From the NCBI RefSeq assembly GCF_009914755.1, contig NC_060942.1: a stretch of DNA of 64,000 nucleotides; one strand, 5' to 3'. The DNA is from the human T2T-CHM13v2.0 reference genome, Homo sapiens. A model generated the notes under the pieces. The model did not search any database. It saw only the letters and a program-made list of their open reading frames with translations, and was not told the origin of the DNA. Both the position numbers and the translations under genes were made by a program. Positions 1 to 16,910 of this stretch are shown piece after piece (the stretch's first letter is position 1; every line of letters starts with the position of its first letter).

Positions 1-237
<237 letters not shown>

Positions 238-409
238 TTAGAAAGATTACAGGTTTAAACATTGAGGACCAGGATGTCAAACCACAAAAACAAAAGAAGC
301 AAGCATGACATTATTACTGTAACAATATAATATCAAACTCCAAGATAACTTTGAGTGACAAGCACTAAAATAATAAATATTATGTTATTATATAATTTGT
401 TTGATTAAT

Positions 410-930
410 ATAGAGTCCACATTCAAATTTCACTGTTTGCCCTCAAAATGTCCTTTAAGCATTTTTTCCTGCTCCAGAATCCGATTCTGGTTTACGGATT
501 CCATGTGATCATCACTTCCTTTTAGTTATCTTCGATCTTGCCTGACTCTTGACATTTGTCTATTATGACAGACAAATTGTAAAAAGTATGACCAATTAGT
601 TTGCAAAGAGTCTCTCAATTTAGACTCCTCCAATGTTTTCTTGTAATTAGATTCAAGTTATACTTTTGAATAAGAATACTACATAAGTGATATGTCCTTT
701 TCAGCGCCCCTCATTGGAGCACAAAATATTCTTTGTCTTATTACAAATGATGCTCACTTTTATCACTTGGTTACAGTGTTGTCCTTTAAGAGTCTTCATT
801 GTGGTAATTAATACTTTTTAAATAAATAATTAATTTGTTAAAAGTTATTTTGCGACTATGTAAACATCCAGTTCCTCATAAAAATCAAACATTCACACAA
901 TAGTTTTAGCATCTATTGGTTATTCTTTTT
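410..930 (-). mobile_element. Ancient L1 (L1MC/L1ME) 3' fragment
   Basis: Degenerate similarity to the reverse complement of old L1 3' regions; boundaries approximate. Confidence 0.55.
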
Positions 931-1499
931 AAAAGTAATTACTTTACAGTTTCTTTCACTCATTGACCTCAATAATTGAATCATCTTATTTTTCAACTAC
1001 ATTGAATGTTGTCACATTTCGGTGGGCATAAGAATTAACCAAGGAAAGCACTCATTTTGAAGTGTCCTGTTTCTTATCTTCACAGAAACAATCTAAATAC
1101 CTGAAGATAAGGAACAGGACACTTCAAAATGAGTGCTTTCCTTGGTGAAAGAAATTCAAGCTGGAGGGAGAGATCAATAATTGAGATACCCTATATGGCA
1201 AGTGAGTCTTTATTGTCTACAGTGTCCCATATGTCACCTCTGTCATTCCTGATGTTTTTTCATTTGTCCATTAACTCACTGTATCTGAAACAGCTTTTCT
1301 CTAGTAGCTGCTTATGAAAAGGCTTCCCATCCTACAAGTCTGAGTTCATGTTGGTTCTTCTCATGAGAGCTATAGTGATTACCTTTATTTCGATTCATGG
1401 TCAAAGCGTGAGGTAATGCAAACCTGAGGTGCATTAAAAGCTCAGCTTTGGGACATTCATTTCCTTCTGAAAATATGCATGCTGTCACTAAAGATATAA

Positions 1500-1677
1500 A
1501 TGTGTAGCCTGTGATTGGCTGAAGCTCAGCTGTAGTGATTGACTGAGACCCAGCTATTTTTTATAACATATCCTGTTAGACTTTAAGTTTGTTTATATAT
1601 TAAATTAGCTTGTAGTTCCTTACCTAAGGAATCAAGGTAAAGAAGCAGCCTCAGGCCAAATTTAGTTTAATTTACAC
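1500..1677 (-). mobile_element. ERV1 LTR 5' fragment (MER57-like)
   Basis: Reverse strand begins TGTAAATTAAACTAAATTTGGCCTGAGGCTGC and has CAATCAC repeats. Confidence 0.6.
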
Positions 1678-2661
1678 ATTTTTAAAATCTTCATAAAAGT
1701 ACATACTTTCTCAACATTGTATTACATATACAATCTAATATATTATTAAATTGAGCAAGTTAGTTTAATAAGTACAAAACTACATAATTTAAAAACAATT
1801 AATAAAATTTAATTAATTAATGAAAATGGACCACCAGAAACTAATTAATTATTAACCTCCAGTAATAATATTTAATGTCAATTAGAACTTAGAGTACGCA
1901 TTATATGTCTTAATCTAAATTGAATGTGTGATTAAGAAATTTAAGATTATTTTTAATAAGGTGCTTTTCATTCTACGAAATTTAATGCTGTATAATTTTT
2001 GAAGAAATTTCTGCTTCTCTTTGGTGGAAGATATTATTATAAAACCTCACATGTGTCAGATATGGTATAGACACTTAATGAGTTTTAAAATTAAAATAAT
2101 GTCTCTGGGGCTTTTCAGAAAACCTACCTTAGAGTCAGGAATCTAAATGAAAAGTCAGGTTATTAGTCCATGCCATGACAGGCAGACGCAGTCACTTGTT
2201 AAAATTAAGCGAATCCCCATATACAAATAATTAGGTTTAGGATATGCCAGGTTAACAATGCATAGCCTCATTGCACTATGCCTTTTTAAAAAAGAGAGAA
2301 GCTAAAGAGCTCACAAGAAAATACCTTTTAGTCAAAGGGTTTCTTTTGATGGAATTGGCTATACCTAAAGCCAAAGCATCATACCATCACATCCCTGACT
2401 CTGTCTTCTAATACAGGCTTCCTTAAAAAAAAATGTACCCTTAAATAATTCTCTCCCTCTTTTCATTAATATCAGTGTTGATAGTACTTTCAGTAACAAG
2501 ATATGTGAGGGATAACAGAGATTCAGCTTTGTAGGCTGAGGCAGAAGGGCTTAAGAGGAAAAACTTAGATGTTTGTGAAAGGGGAAAAATATGAATTATA
2601 TCACAGAGAACATAGTAAGAGATGGAATCAGAAAGCAGGTAAAGCGGGGGTGAATGTTTAA

Positions 2662-4069
2662 CAGTGGCTCTCAAAGTGTGAAACACAGAACTCCAGGCAT
2701 TACCAAGACTCTTTTAGGAGATCTGTGAGGTCAAAGCTATTTTTATATCACGGTTAAAATTTTATTTGGCTTTTTTTTTACTGTGCTGGCATTTTTACTG
2801 ATGGTGCAAGGGCAATATTGGATAAAACTGATGGTTCCTTGGTATGAGACAAGGTAGTGGCATCAAATTGAATTAGTACTTTTCTGTTATTTGCTGCCAA
2901 CTGCTCATAGTATAAAGAATGGCAGTTTAAGAATAAATTTGATGAGACAATAAACATTATTAATTGTATTAGATATTGATGCTTGAGTTCATATTAGTTT
3001 AATATTATGTGTAAGAAAATGGGAAGGATGCATAAAGCAGTTCTGCCAATGTACAATTGTTGCCTTGGATTAAAGCACTTGTACAATTGTTTCAGTGAGA
3101 AACTGAACTAGCGATGATTTTATGGAACACTATTTTTGTTTGAGAGAATGATTAACAGACAAACCACAGTTATTCAGACTTGAGTACCTGGCAAACATCA
3201 TCTTGACAATTAAAGAAGTAAAGCTTTAATTGCAAGGGGAACTGACAACACTTGTGGCCAGTAACAAAATTTGAGCTTGCAAGCAAAAATTAGAATTTTG
3301 GAAAATGTGTATCCTCCATCACAGGCTTAAAAATCTCCCAATTATAAAAGACTTTTAGATATATTGCAGTAAAATTAATGAATATGATATTTTGATATTG
3401 TACAAATAGATGTGTCACCATTTAAAAAATCTGTATAACTCATTAAATCAATATTTTTTAAAAGTCCAATGCATGATATTATAAAACCATGCTGTTTTGC
3501 TAAAAGGTCAATTTAAAGTGCAAGACAGCCCAATACGTTTTGATGTAGGAGAATATACAAGTTTATTGGCGTGGCTTTAGATTGCACATTGTAACTATTT
3601 TTTTAAGCAAACACCACTTGTTGAATTTTGCTGTATTGTCAAAGGAGACTATCCAAAGCTCTCTGGAAAAATATAATAAAATATCCTCCCTTTTCTGAAA
3701 TCAGATTTTTTTCATATACTTTAACCAAAACATGTTTATTGCAGATTGAATGAAGATGCAGATATAGAAATCCAGCTGTCTTCTTTTAGACCAGGCATTA
3801 AGGAGATTTGCAAAAATTATAAAACAATGTCACAAATCACTAATTTTGAGATAAAATATAGATATTTCCCATAAAGGTCTGTTACTAATACAATCATGTA
3901 ATGAGTACATTGTTAATTTAAATAAAATATAAATATCATTCATAAATTTAAAAATTATACCTTAATTTTTAATTTGATTAATGTCAAAAGGTATGACGCA
4001 GATAAACAGAAGCTCTTTGGGGGATTCTCAGTAAGTTTACAAATGTAAAGGAGACGTTCAGAACTACTG
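2662..4069 (+). mobile_element. Charlie1a hAT DNA transposon, essentially end to end, with decayed transposase remnant
   Basis: Termini CAGTGGCTCTCAAA ... TTCAGAACTACTG; internal blocks such as TTATTCAGACTTGAGTACCTGGCA and AATCCAGCTGTCTTC; about 1.4 kb. Confidence 0.9.
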
Positions 4070-4599
4070 GTATTTATGTTTCTTGCCTATAACATTTTTT
4101 TTAATTTGTCATGATGGTGATTAGTATATTGGTATGTTGTAAAACCCTAAAGTAAAGCAAATTATTAAGAATATAAATTCAGAAAAGGACAACAGATTGC
4201 AACCAGTGAAAGTCCCATAGGGAGCTTCAAAATTACTGAGGATGTTCTGTTTCTTGGGTATAATGTTTACAGATGTTCATTCTATTATTGTGTACTTTAT
4301 AATTTACATATATTATTTTTTATATATTGTTTAATCAAGTATTTCAAAATTTTAAAAGATGCAAATAAAATTCTAAATAATAATTTATTGGAAGATGGGA
4401 ATGGAAAAAATTGGAGGGCCATTGAGGTATACAAAGCATTGTTTGTCAAGATAAAAACACCTTCAGAAAAAAAATAAATATGTTTGTGGAAAACTGGGGG
4501 TTAACTTAATAGAAATATAAACTGTAACTTCCAAACAATAAGAGAGTTAAAAAAGAAACAAGGAATTGTTAACTAATGACAGAAATTAATTAAAAGAAA

Positions 4600-7617
<3,018 letters not shown>

Positions 7618-7770
7618 TAGGATGTCGATAAAACTGATGAGATAAAACAGAGTCCAGGTAGGTGGCTGGCTTTAGCAGAACTAGGGATAAAGGCTAAGGA
7701 GGAAAAAAAAAAAATATTTATAAGCAATGTTTTCCCATTTATCAATTAAAAGTAAATGAAGCAAATTGAA

Positions 7771-7810
7771 ATATATATATATATGTATATATATATATAC
7801 ATATATATAT
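7771..7810. repeat. (TA)n microsatellite, interrupted
   Basis: Seen directly. Confidence 0.95.
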
Positions 7811-9461
7811 CTGCTTATACACTTATTTTTCCAGCAATGTTTTCATTTTAAGCCTTATATCTCTTGACATGAAAGTTTGTTTTTTCAATATTGAATACCA
7901 ATTTTAAATAGGCAGGGGAGGATATGTTCCTCTGTTTGGGACACCCAGCCATCTTGAATTCCCAAGACATATGCAATTATATGCTCTGCCCATTATTATG
8001 ATTCTATTTGCCATATGGCAGCAACAAAATAATACAAATTTTCTTTTCTTCTCAAAGTAAAAAATCAAATCTGTCTCTCACAGTGTCTCATCTATACAGA
8101 CATACATAATACTGAATATGCAGCAAAGTAGAATCATAAAACTGCTTAAATCATATTACATTAATGTTATTTATTACTATGTGGTTTTCTTTATAAGAGA
8201 TGTTCCCTTTGATTACAATAAAAGGGTCTTTTTTTCCTTGATCCCTTCTAATTCAAACACATTTTAGAGGGAAACAGGGTAATTCTTAATTTAAAAAGTA
8301 GCATGATACACTTAAGACACTCTGATGATGCTTTTGAAATTATTGAATTCTAAGAGAAAAGCCACCTTCTATCCAGCTTCTGTCCTGCTGTTCCTAATGA
8401 TAATTTTAATTGCAGATTATTTTCGTTTTTGGAGCATTACTGATAGATTGGAAACAAATGACATACATCATTAATTGCCATTTATGGAACACTGCCTTTC
8501 AAAACCTGTCTTGTCTGCCCCATATCTGTCTGATAATTATGAAAATAGCTTTGTTTCCCTCATTAAGAGAACCAGTAATGAAAACAATACAGCTTTTCCT
8601 ATTATTCCTTGTCTTTGTACACAACACTCAAGGCCTAGACTAGCCAACCGTCCTGCCTATTGTCTTTCTCTCATTCCTATCATCAACTTCAGAATCTGAT
8701 GCCTTGGAGGAGGCACTCAGTAATTGTTGAATTGCCTTTTCCTAGCATGGTGATGTTCTGTGGGGTCATTATCTCAAACTTATTGTTTTGCTTATACCTC
8801 CCTCAGTGTGTGTTTTATAACAAAAATAAAAGTAAATTATGTCTGTATCTACTGTTTTTTTAAGTCTTCTTTTAGAAAAAATTTGTTTCTGATTTTGTGT
8901 AAGCTAGTTTATCCCTTAATTAAGTGCATAGACTAGTCATGTAGGCAGATGTGTCAATAGATGAATACAGTGTGAAAAGTGCATAAGGAAAATCACTGAC
9001 AAGTGTAGAGGTCACAAGAAAAGGGCACACCAATGTTTGATATTCAGTGACTAGCAAAAGGCATAATATGGCGATTGTTTAAAAGTTCAAAGGGATGAGA
9101 AGTAGTAAAATAACTTGGAATGATGGAAGTGGACAAGGATCCTGCTTAGATAAAAGAAGACATTGTAATTTACTCTGTAGACTGTTGAAGGGGTTGAGCA
9201 CAATGATAAAGACATTTTCAATTTTTACACATGCATTTGGAGAAAAACAAGCACAAAGCTCAAAGCAGAGCAACTTCCTGCCAAAACAGAAAACATAAAT
9301 AGGATTATGAGTCTCCTAATGTAATGACTAAAATGTCTGGGATGCAATAAAATTCACTGGTACCAAAAACCAGAAAAAATCACAATATGAATGAGAAAAG
9401 ACAATTATTTGATACCAATATCAAGACTATCCACAGGTTGAAATTATCTGTTAAAGATTTT

Positions 9462-9738
9462 AGCCAGGTATGGTGGCTCATGCCTGAAATTCCAGTGCTT
9501 TGGGAGGCCAAGGCAGGATTCTTGGAGGCCAGGGGTTCCAGACCAGCCTGGGTAATGTAGTGAGACCCTGTCTCTATAAAAATTTTAAGAATTAGTCAGG
9601 TGTGATGGCATGTGCCTGTAGTCCCAGCTACTTGGGAGACTGAGTCAGGAGGGTTGCTTGAGCCCAAGATATAGAGGTTGTAGTGAGCTATGATCATCAC
9701 TGCACTCCAGCGTGGGTGACAGAGTGAAAAAAAAAAAA
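9462..9738 (+). mobile_element. AluJ inserted in the L1
   Basis: Dimer with J-type TTGAGCCCAAGA and GAGCTATGATC; poly-A tail. Confidence 0.93.
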
Positions 9739-10531
9739 TTAAGGCAACCATCATAAAATGCTTCAATAATCATTATAATTTACTGTAAAACAAATTTAAA
9801 AGACATGGAAAATCTCAGGACATAAATAGAATATATAAAAATAAAAAAGAATCTAATAGAAATTGTGGAAATGAAAAACAAAATAACCAAACAAAGAAAA
9901 AAAAAAGCAAAAATTTCACTGGATGTTCTTAATAGTAGAGTGGAAAAGACACAGAAAAAAATCAGTGAAATTGAAGACAAATTAATAGAATTTACTCAAT
10001 CTGAACAACAAAGAGAAAATAGACTAAAAGAAAAAATAAATAGAGATCAAGGGATCTGTGGGACAATAACAAAGATCTGACATTAGAATCATCATAATTT
10101 TGATGAAGAAGAGAAATGGAGAGGAGCTAAGAAAGTATTCAAATAAATACTGGCTGAAAGCCTCCCAAATTTGGCAAAACACATAAAGCTACAGATTCAA
10201 GAAGCTGAGTAAAACTCAACTAGGTTAAACCTAAAACTACACCAATCACATTATAATTAAACTCTTGAAAACTAAACCCAAAGAATAAATCATTAAAACA
10301 GAGAAAACTGCTGCATTTTCTATAAAGAAAAAGCAGGTTTAATGACAGAATCTGTCATCTGAATCCATGGAAGACAGAGGAAGTGATATCAGTTTTATCA
10401 AGTGCTGAAAGAGCGGTCAATCCCAAATTGTGTATCTGGTGAAATCATCCTTCATACTGAAATAAAGACATTCTCAGTTGAAGGGAAATTGAGAGAATTT
10501 GTTGCTAGCAGATTTATCATTAAAGAGTAAC

Positions 10532-11240
10532 CATAGGACTGCTGGTGGAAATGTATACATAGGTAAGTTGGTGCAAAAATAATTGTGGTTTTGCCATTGT
10601 TTTAAATGGCAAAAACCACAATTACTTTTGTTCCAACCTAATAAATTAGTACAACCACTACGGAAAACGGTATGGTGATTCCTTAAAGAACAAAAACAAG
10701 AACTACCATTTGATCCAGGAATCCCACTATTGAGTATCTATCCAAAGGAAAAGAAGTCGTTGTATGAAAAAGACACACATCCACACATGTTTATAGCACC
10801 ACAATTCACAATTGCAAGGATATGGAACCAAACTAAGTGCCCACTGACTGAGTGGATAAAGAAGATGTTGTACATGTACACCATGGTATACTACTCAGCC
10901 ATAAAAAGGAATGAAATAATGTATTTTGCAGCAACTTGGACAGAGCTTGAGGCCATTATTGTAAGTGAAATGACTCAGGAATACAAAACCAAATATCATA
11001 TGTTCTCACTTATAAGTGAGAGCTAAGCTATGAGGATGCAAAGGCATAAGAGTGACGTAATGGACTTTGAGGACTCACGGGTTGGACTTTTAGGAGTAGG
11101 GTGAGGAATAAAAGAGTACACATTGGGGACAGTGTACACGGCTCAGGTTCATTAAAATCTCAGAAATCACAACTAAAGAACATAACCATGTAATCAAAAC
11201 ACACCTTTACCCCAAAAATTGTTGGAATACATTTAAAAAC
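10532..11240 (+). mobile_element. L1PB 3' end nested in the older L1
   Basis: ORF2 C-terminal/3' sequence (ORF 10730-11026) and L1PB-type terminus AAAATCTCAGAAATCACAACTAAAGAAC. Confidence 0.88.
10563..10641. mobile_element. MADE1 (Hsmar1-derived MITE), full length
   Basis: About 80-bp palindrome AGTTGGTGCAAAAATAATTGTGGTTTTGCCATT...AATGGCAAAAACCACAATTACTTTTGTTCCAACCTAA at a TA site. Confidence 0.93.
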
Positions 11241-11517
11241 CCTCCAGTTTTCAAGTTCATATTTTGTAAATTTAAAAATCAAATCACCCTAATACAATAA
11301 AACAATTTATTTTCTCAAAAAACAATTATTTTCTCAGGTGACAGTTCCAATAAATCTCAGAAATCACCGCTAAAGAACATAACCATGAAACCAAAACCCA
11401 CCTATACCTAAAGATTGTTGGAATACATTTTAAAACCCTTCAGTTTTCAAGTTTATATTTTGCAAAGCTAAAAATCAAATCACCCTAATACAATAAAACA
11501 ATTTATTTTCTTAAAAT
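11142..11517 (+). repeat. Direct tandem duplication, about 190-bp unit
   Basis: Two diverged copies start at CTCAGG (11142 and 11333) and share AATCTCAGAAATCAC...AAAAATCAAATCACCCTAATACAATAAAACAATTTATTTTCT. Confidence 0.95.
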
Positions 11518-12128
11518 ACAGAATAGCTGAAGGAAACGCTAAACTAAAAAAAAAAATTATAAAAGATGATGACTGGGATCTTTAGAAAGTAAAGAATAGA
11601 ATGAGTAAAAATTGCTGTAAACATAATAAGACCATCCTTCATTTCATGAGTTTAAAAATTATATTTTATAGTTGGAGCAAAAGACGAACACCATCTGACA
11701 TGGTGTTCTATGTATGCAAAGGAAATGATTGAGACAATTATACCTGAAAGCGGTTAAGGGGATCTAAATTGAAGTAAGGTTTTTATACTTAACTTGAAAT
11801 GGTAACACATTGACACCAGCAGGCAACTACTAAGAAAATTATATAAACAGCTATAATGAAAAACATAAATACATCAAAATAGAATTCTAAAACTATTTTC
11901 AAGTTATCCACAGTTAGGCCAAGATACATACAGACAAACAATGGCCAATTGAGAAAGAGAAAGCGAAAACAGAAAACAAATAATAAAAAGGCAGACATAG
12001 GCCCTAATCTATCAGTAATTATTTAATTTAACAATCTAAACCAATTAAAAGGTAGTGATTTGCATAGTGGAATTAACAAACACCACCCACTTATATGTGG
12101 GCTGTAAGAAATCTGCTTCAAGCATTAT

Positions 12129-12503
12129 TGATACGGACAGCAGGCAGGGAAATACTGGGTATAAGAGGGTGGTTTCCTGGCAAAGGCTCCACTGTCAAGC
12201 CTGGAAACCCACAACCCTAAATGGGAACAGGCATTCCTGTTTTCCTGCCCAAATGTTGCATTTTGGCCCACAACACCCCGCTAATGTGTACGTATATAAA
12301 CCCCAGACCCCAGGCTCCAAGAGCAGATGAGCAGAGGAACAGAAGAGTGGCAAAGCGGCAGAGCTGCAGAGTGGTGAGGTAGAGAAGAAGAGAAGAAGCA
12401 CCTGAATGTTGAGAGGAGTTCAGCTGGGGATAGTTGGAGAGATTGGCTGCGGGATGAGCATACTCCAGGGGATGATCATCTTCCCACTCCATCCCCTTTC
12501 CAG
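12129..12503 (+). mobile_element. ERV1 LTR 5' half (MER50-like), truncated, nested in L1
   Basis: Starts TGATACGGACAGCAGGCAGGGAAATACTGGG; contains TATATAAACCCC; ends abruptly at CCCCTTTCCAG. Confidence 0.8.
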
Positions 12504-13258
12504 TGGATTAATTTGCCAAGAATATAGCAATCCTAAATGTGTTTGGACCAAACAACGGAACTTCAAAATACATAGAGCAAAAACCGATAGAGCAGAATGA
12601 GAAAGAAATCCGTAATTATAACATGGGTTTCAAAATCCTATTTTTAACAATTGATAGAAATCAGCAAGGATAGCGAATAATGAAACATTAAACAACAAGA
12701 TCTACTGACATTTATAGAACACTATAACCATCTACAGCAGAATACATATTCTTTTCAAGCTTACATGGAACATTCACCAAGATAGACTATATCATGGTAA
12801 TAAAACAAACTTTAACAAATAAAAAAAAATCACACAGAGTATGATCTCTGACCACAATGTATCAAAGAAGAGTATACCCATAACAGAAACTCAGGGGGAA
12901 ATTTTTCAACATCTTGGGAATTAAAAATATACTCCTAAATAATGCATTGGTCAAATAGGAAATTTCAAGGGAAAATAATACGTAGAGTGGAATAAAAATA
13001 AACACAAAATATATTTATAAGAAGACATAAAGAAGAGCTAAATAAATTCAAAACAAGCTGAAGAAAGAAAATAATAAAGATAACATCAGAAATCAATGAA
13101 TTTGTAAACAGGAGAATAGGAAACTAATAAAACTAAAAGCCAATTCATCTAAAAAAATCAATAAAATCGGTAAACTTTTAGCAAGATTGACAGACATAAA
13201 TTGAGACAAGACCTAAATCATAAAATCAGAAATGCAATAGAAGACATCTCAACAGATC

Positions 13259-13397
13259 CATGGGTAACTATATAAGATAGTGAATATGTTAATTTGTTTC
13301 ACTATAGCAACCATTTTACCATATATACATATCTTACAACATTATGTTATGTGCCTTACATATATGCAAAATTTTTATTGAAACAAATTTTAAAAAT
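13259..13397 (+). mobile_element. Short L1MA 3' terminus nested in L1 ORF2
   Basis: GGTAACTATATAAGATAGTGAATATGTTAATTTG...; host ORF2 resumes afterwards. Confidence 0.7.
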
Positions 13398-15320
13398 GAT
13401 TACAAGGAAATATTATGAATAACTTTACACTCATCAGTTCAGTAAGGTGGAAGGAATAAAACACTTCTTGAAGACCACAAACTCCTCAAACTCAGCCAAA
13501 ATCAAATAGATAAATGGAATAGTTCTATAACTATTGAATAAATCAGATTTTTATTTTAAAAGCTTATGCTCAAGAAATTTCCAGGCCCAGATGGTTTCAC
13601 TGGAAATTTTACCAAATATTCAAAAAAGAGTTAACACAAATTTTACACAATTTCTTTCAAAACCAGAAAAGGGAATACTTCCTAATTCATATTATGAAGC
13701 CAGTATTACACTGATACCCAAACCCAACAGGGATCACATGAAATGTAAAAAATGTAGACCAATATATCTGATTAACTTAGATGAAAATAATTCTGAACAA
13801 AATTTTATCAAAATATTATAGAAAAATATATATGTATAATAATGCACTATGATAAAATGTGATTTATTCCAGGTATGTGAGACTAATTAAATATTCAAAA
13901 TGTATTAATGTAGTCCACCATTTCAATAAGCCAAGGAAAAAACTTATTATATCATTTACTACAGAAAAAGTATATTAAATACCCATTCATGAAAAAAAAA
14001 AATCACTTTCAGTACATTAGGAATATAGATGAATGTCCCCAAACTTATAAAGAATACCTATTAAAAAAACTACACCAAACATCATAATGGTGAAACATTG
14101 AATGCTTTGCTTCTAAGATTGGGCACAAGGCAAAGATGTCTTTCCTTACACTTACAGAAATGATCCTGGAAATTTTAGCCACTGCAATAAGGCAAGGAAT
14201 GGAAATTAAAGATACACAGATGAGAAAGAAACAACTAAAACTCTCTATTTACAAATCACAAGCTTGTCTGTCTAGAACACCCCAAGCAATATACAATATA
14301 CTTTGAGGACTAATAAGTTTCTCTCGTGTTCAGTAAGGTTAAAAAATACTACATGAATACACAAAATGCAATTGCATTTCAACATACAGATAAGAAATAA
14401 TTGGAAACAGAAATGTAATAACAAAAATATAATACCATTTCCATTACTCCTAAGAAAATTACATAGGTATGAATCTAACAGCTACAGTTTTTGCATAATT
14501 AAAATTATAAAATGTTGATGAAGAAATCAAAGAAGAGCTAAATACTTGGAAAAACATATTCATGGATTGGAAAACTCAACATAGCAAAGATGTCAATTCA
14601 ACATAACCAATAGGTTTAATTTAATTTCTTTCAAAATGTCATCGTAGTTCTTTGTAAACATAAAATTACCCTAAAATTAACAAAGAAATATTAAGCATTA
14701 AAATAGCCAAAATTGTTTTAAAAAGAAGAAAAACGAGGGAGGAATTATTGATGTTAAGACTTATGTATGTATGCTGAACTAATCAAGTCAGTCTGGTAGT
14801 GGCAGAAAGACGGATCAAAGGAACAGAATAGAACATGCAGACATAACTCCACATGAATATGCCCAATTAATTTTTTATAAACTTGTAAAAGCATTTCAAT
14901 AAAAAGGGAAAAGACTCTTCAATAAATGATGCTGGAGCAATTAACCATCCATCAGCCAAAAAAAAAAAACAAATTTATACAAAAAAAAATGTTCAGAATG
15001 GATAATTGATATAAATGTGAAACAAAATGATAGAATTTTTAGAAAAGAACATAAAAGAAACTCATGGGTACCTACGACTGACTAGGCAGTGTTCTGAGAT
15101 TTGATACCAAAGCCACAATTCATAAGAGGGAAAAAATCAATACATCGAGTTCATCAAAATGTAAAATTTTACTCTGTAAAAGATCCCATTAAAAGACAAA
15201 CTACTGACTAGAACCAAATATTTCCAAGTCACATATCTACAAAGGGTTGGAATCCAGAATATGCAAAGAACTCTCATAACTTAAACTTAAAAAAAAAACA
15301 ATCCAACCAGAAAATAGTCA

Positions 15321-15761
15321 ATGGACATAATGAAAATAAAAATAAGCATTATCTTAGGCGAAATAAGCCAGGCACAGAAAGACAAATACTTAATGATTTC
15401 ACTTATACATGGAATCTAAACAAGTTGGGTTCATAGAAAGAGTAAAAAGGTGGTTGCTAGGGACTGCAGGGAGGCGCTGGTAAGATGGTCAAAGGATACA
15501 ACATTTCAGCTAGTTAGGAGTAACAAGGACAAGTGATCTATTCTACAATATGGTGGCTGTAGTTATAACAATGTGCAATTCCTTGTAAATAACCAAGAGT
15601 AGATTTGAAGTGTTCTCACCACAAAAAATAAGTATGTAGGGTAATGCATATGTTAACTAGTTCAATTTAGCCATTTCACCATGTATAATTTTACAAAACA
15701 TCATGTTGTACCTGATAAATATATATAATTTTACTTGTCAATTAAAAAGGCAAATAAGAAA
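15321..15761 (+). mobile_element. L1MA 3' end nested in L1
   Basis: GAAATAAGCCAGGCACAGAAAGACAAATAC to TTGTCAATTAAAAA; target-site duplication AGAAAATAGTCA (15309-15320) / AGAAAATGGTCA (15762-15773). Confidence 0.85.
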
Positions 15762-16907
15762 AGAAAATGGTCAGAAGCATGTACAGATCCTTAACTGTAG
15801 AGGATATTCAGATGACAAATATACTCATGAAAATATGTTCAATATTATTAGTCATTAGACTAATGTAAATTAAAATCATAATGAGATATCACTATATGCT
15901 GATCAAAATGACTAAAATGAAAACTAGTGATAATATCTAATGCTGGCAAGGGTGAGAATATAAAATAATAGAGCCATTCTGGAAAATACTTCAGCATTTC
16001 CTTTCAAAACTCAAATGGACTTATCATAAGATCTAGCAATTTTGCTCTTGCGCATTTATTCTAGAGAATTAAAAGCTTATGTTCCACAGAAACTTGTGTG
16101 TGAATGCCCATAGCAGCTTTCTTCATAATAGCACCAAACTGGAAATTACCCAAATGTCCCTGAAAGGGTGAATAAACAAATTGTGATATATCCAAAGCTG
16201 AATGCTATTTAGTAATAAAAAGAAACACACTACTGATAACAAAAACTTGGATATAATTCAGTAAATAATGCTGAGTGAAAAACAATCTCAAAAGGATGCA
16301 TGTTAACTCATTTCATTTATATAATAATCAAAAATAAAATAATTATATAGATGAAAAATGAGGTAGTAGACTACTAGTTGCCAGAGGTTAGGGGTTGGGA
16401 TAGGAAGGGGATGAGAAGGGCCTCAGAGTAATGGCAGAGTTGAGTGTCTTGATTATGCTGGTGGTTAAGCAGGCTACACACGTGACATAATTGCATCAAA
16501 TTATACACATACACACATGCATGAGTACATGTATAACCAGTGAAATATGAATGAGCTTTGTGGATTGAATCAATGTCACTTTATTGTTTTTCATAGTATT
16601 CTAGAGTTGCATAAGATGTTAATATTGGGAATGCTAAGAGAAGGATGCACAGGGTTTTTATACACATTTGTTTGTAACTTCTTGTGCGTCTGTAATTATT
16701 TCTAAATAAACAATTTGTAAAAGCTGGATTATGTAATTCCCTAAGCATGTGGTTGAGTTAAAGTAAAAAAAAAAATAATAGTACTCCATGAACACACAGC
16801 TAGTGCTCCTGATTCTGAGTATTTGTAGTTCAATCTATGGATATCATTCATTTGGATTTACAGTATTGTCTTGAATTATCTAATGCACCTACATCTATAC
16901 ATATAAT

Positions 16908-16910
<3 letters not shown>

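Larger units (their letters stand above)
9310..16722 (+). mobile_element. Near-full-length ancient L1 (L1MD-like) interrupted by younger elements
   Basis: ORF1p coiled-coil remnant (ORF 9865-10080, LDVLNSRVEKTQKKISEIEDK), ORF2 remnant (13534-13821, [16 protein letters not shown]) and L1MD-type 3' UTR ending near 16720. Confidence 0.88.

Noticed and set aside
13534-13821. L1 protein-like ORFs (also 9865, 10730, 52158)
   Set aside because: Real L1 remnants, but broken by stops and frameshifts; not active elements.
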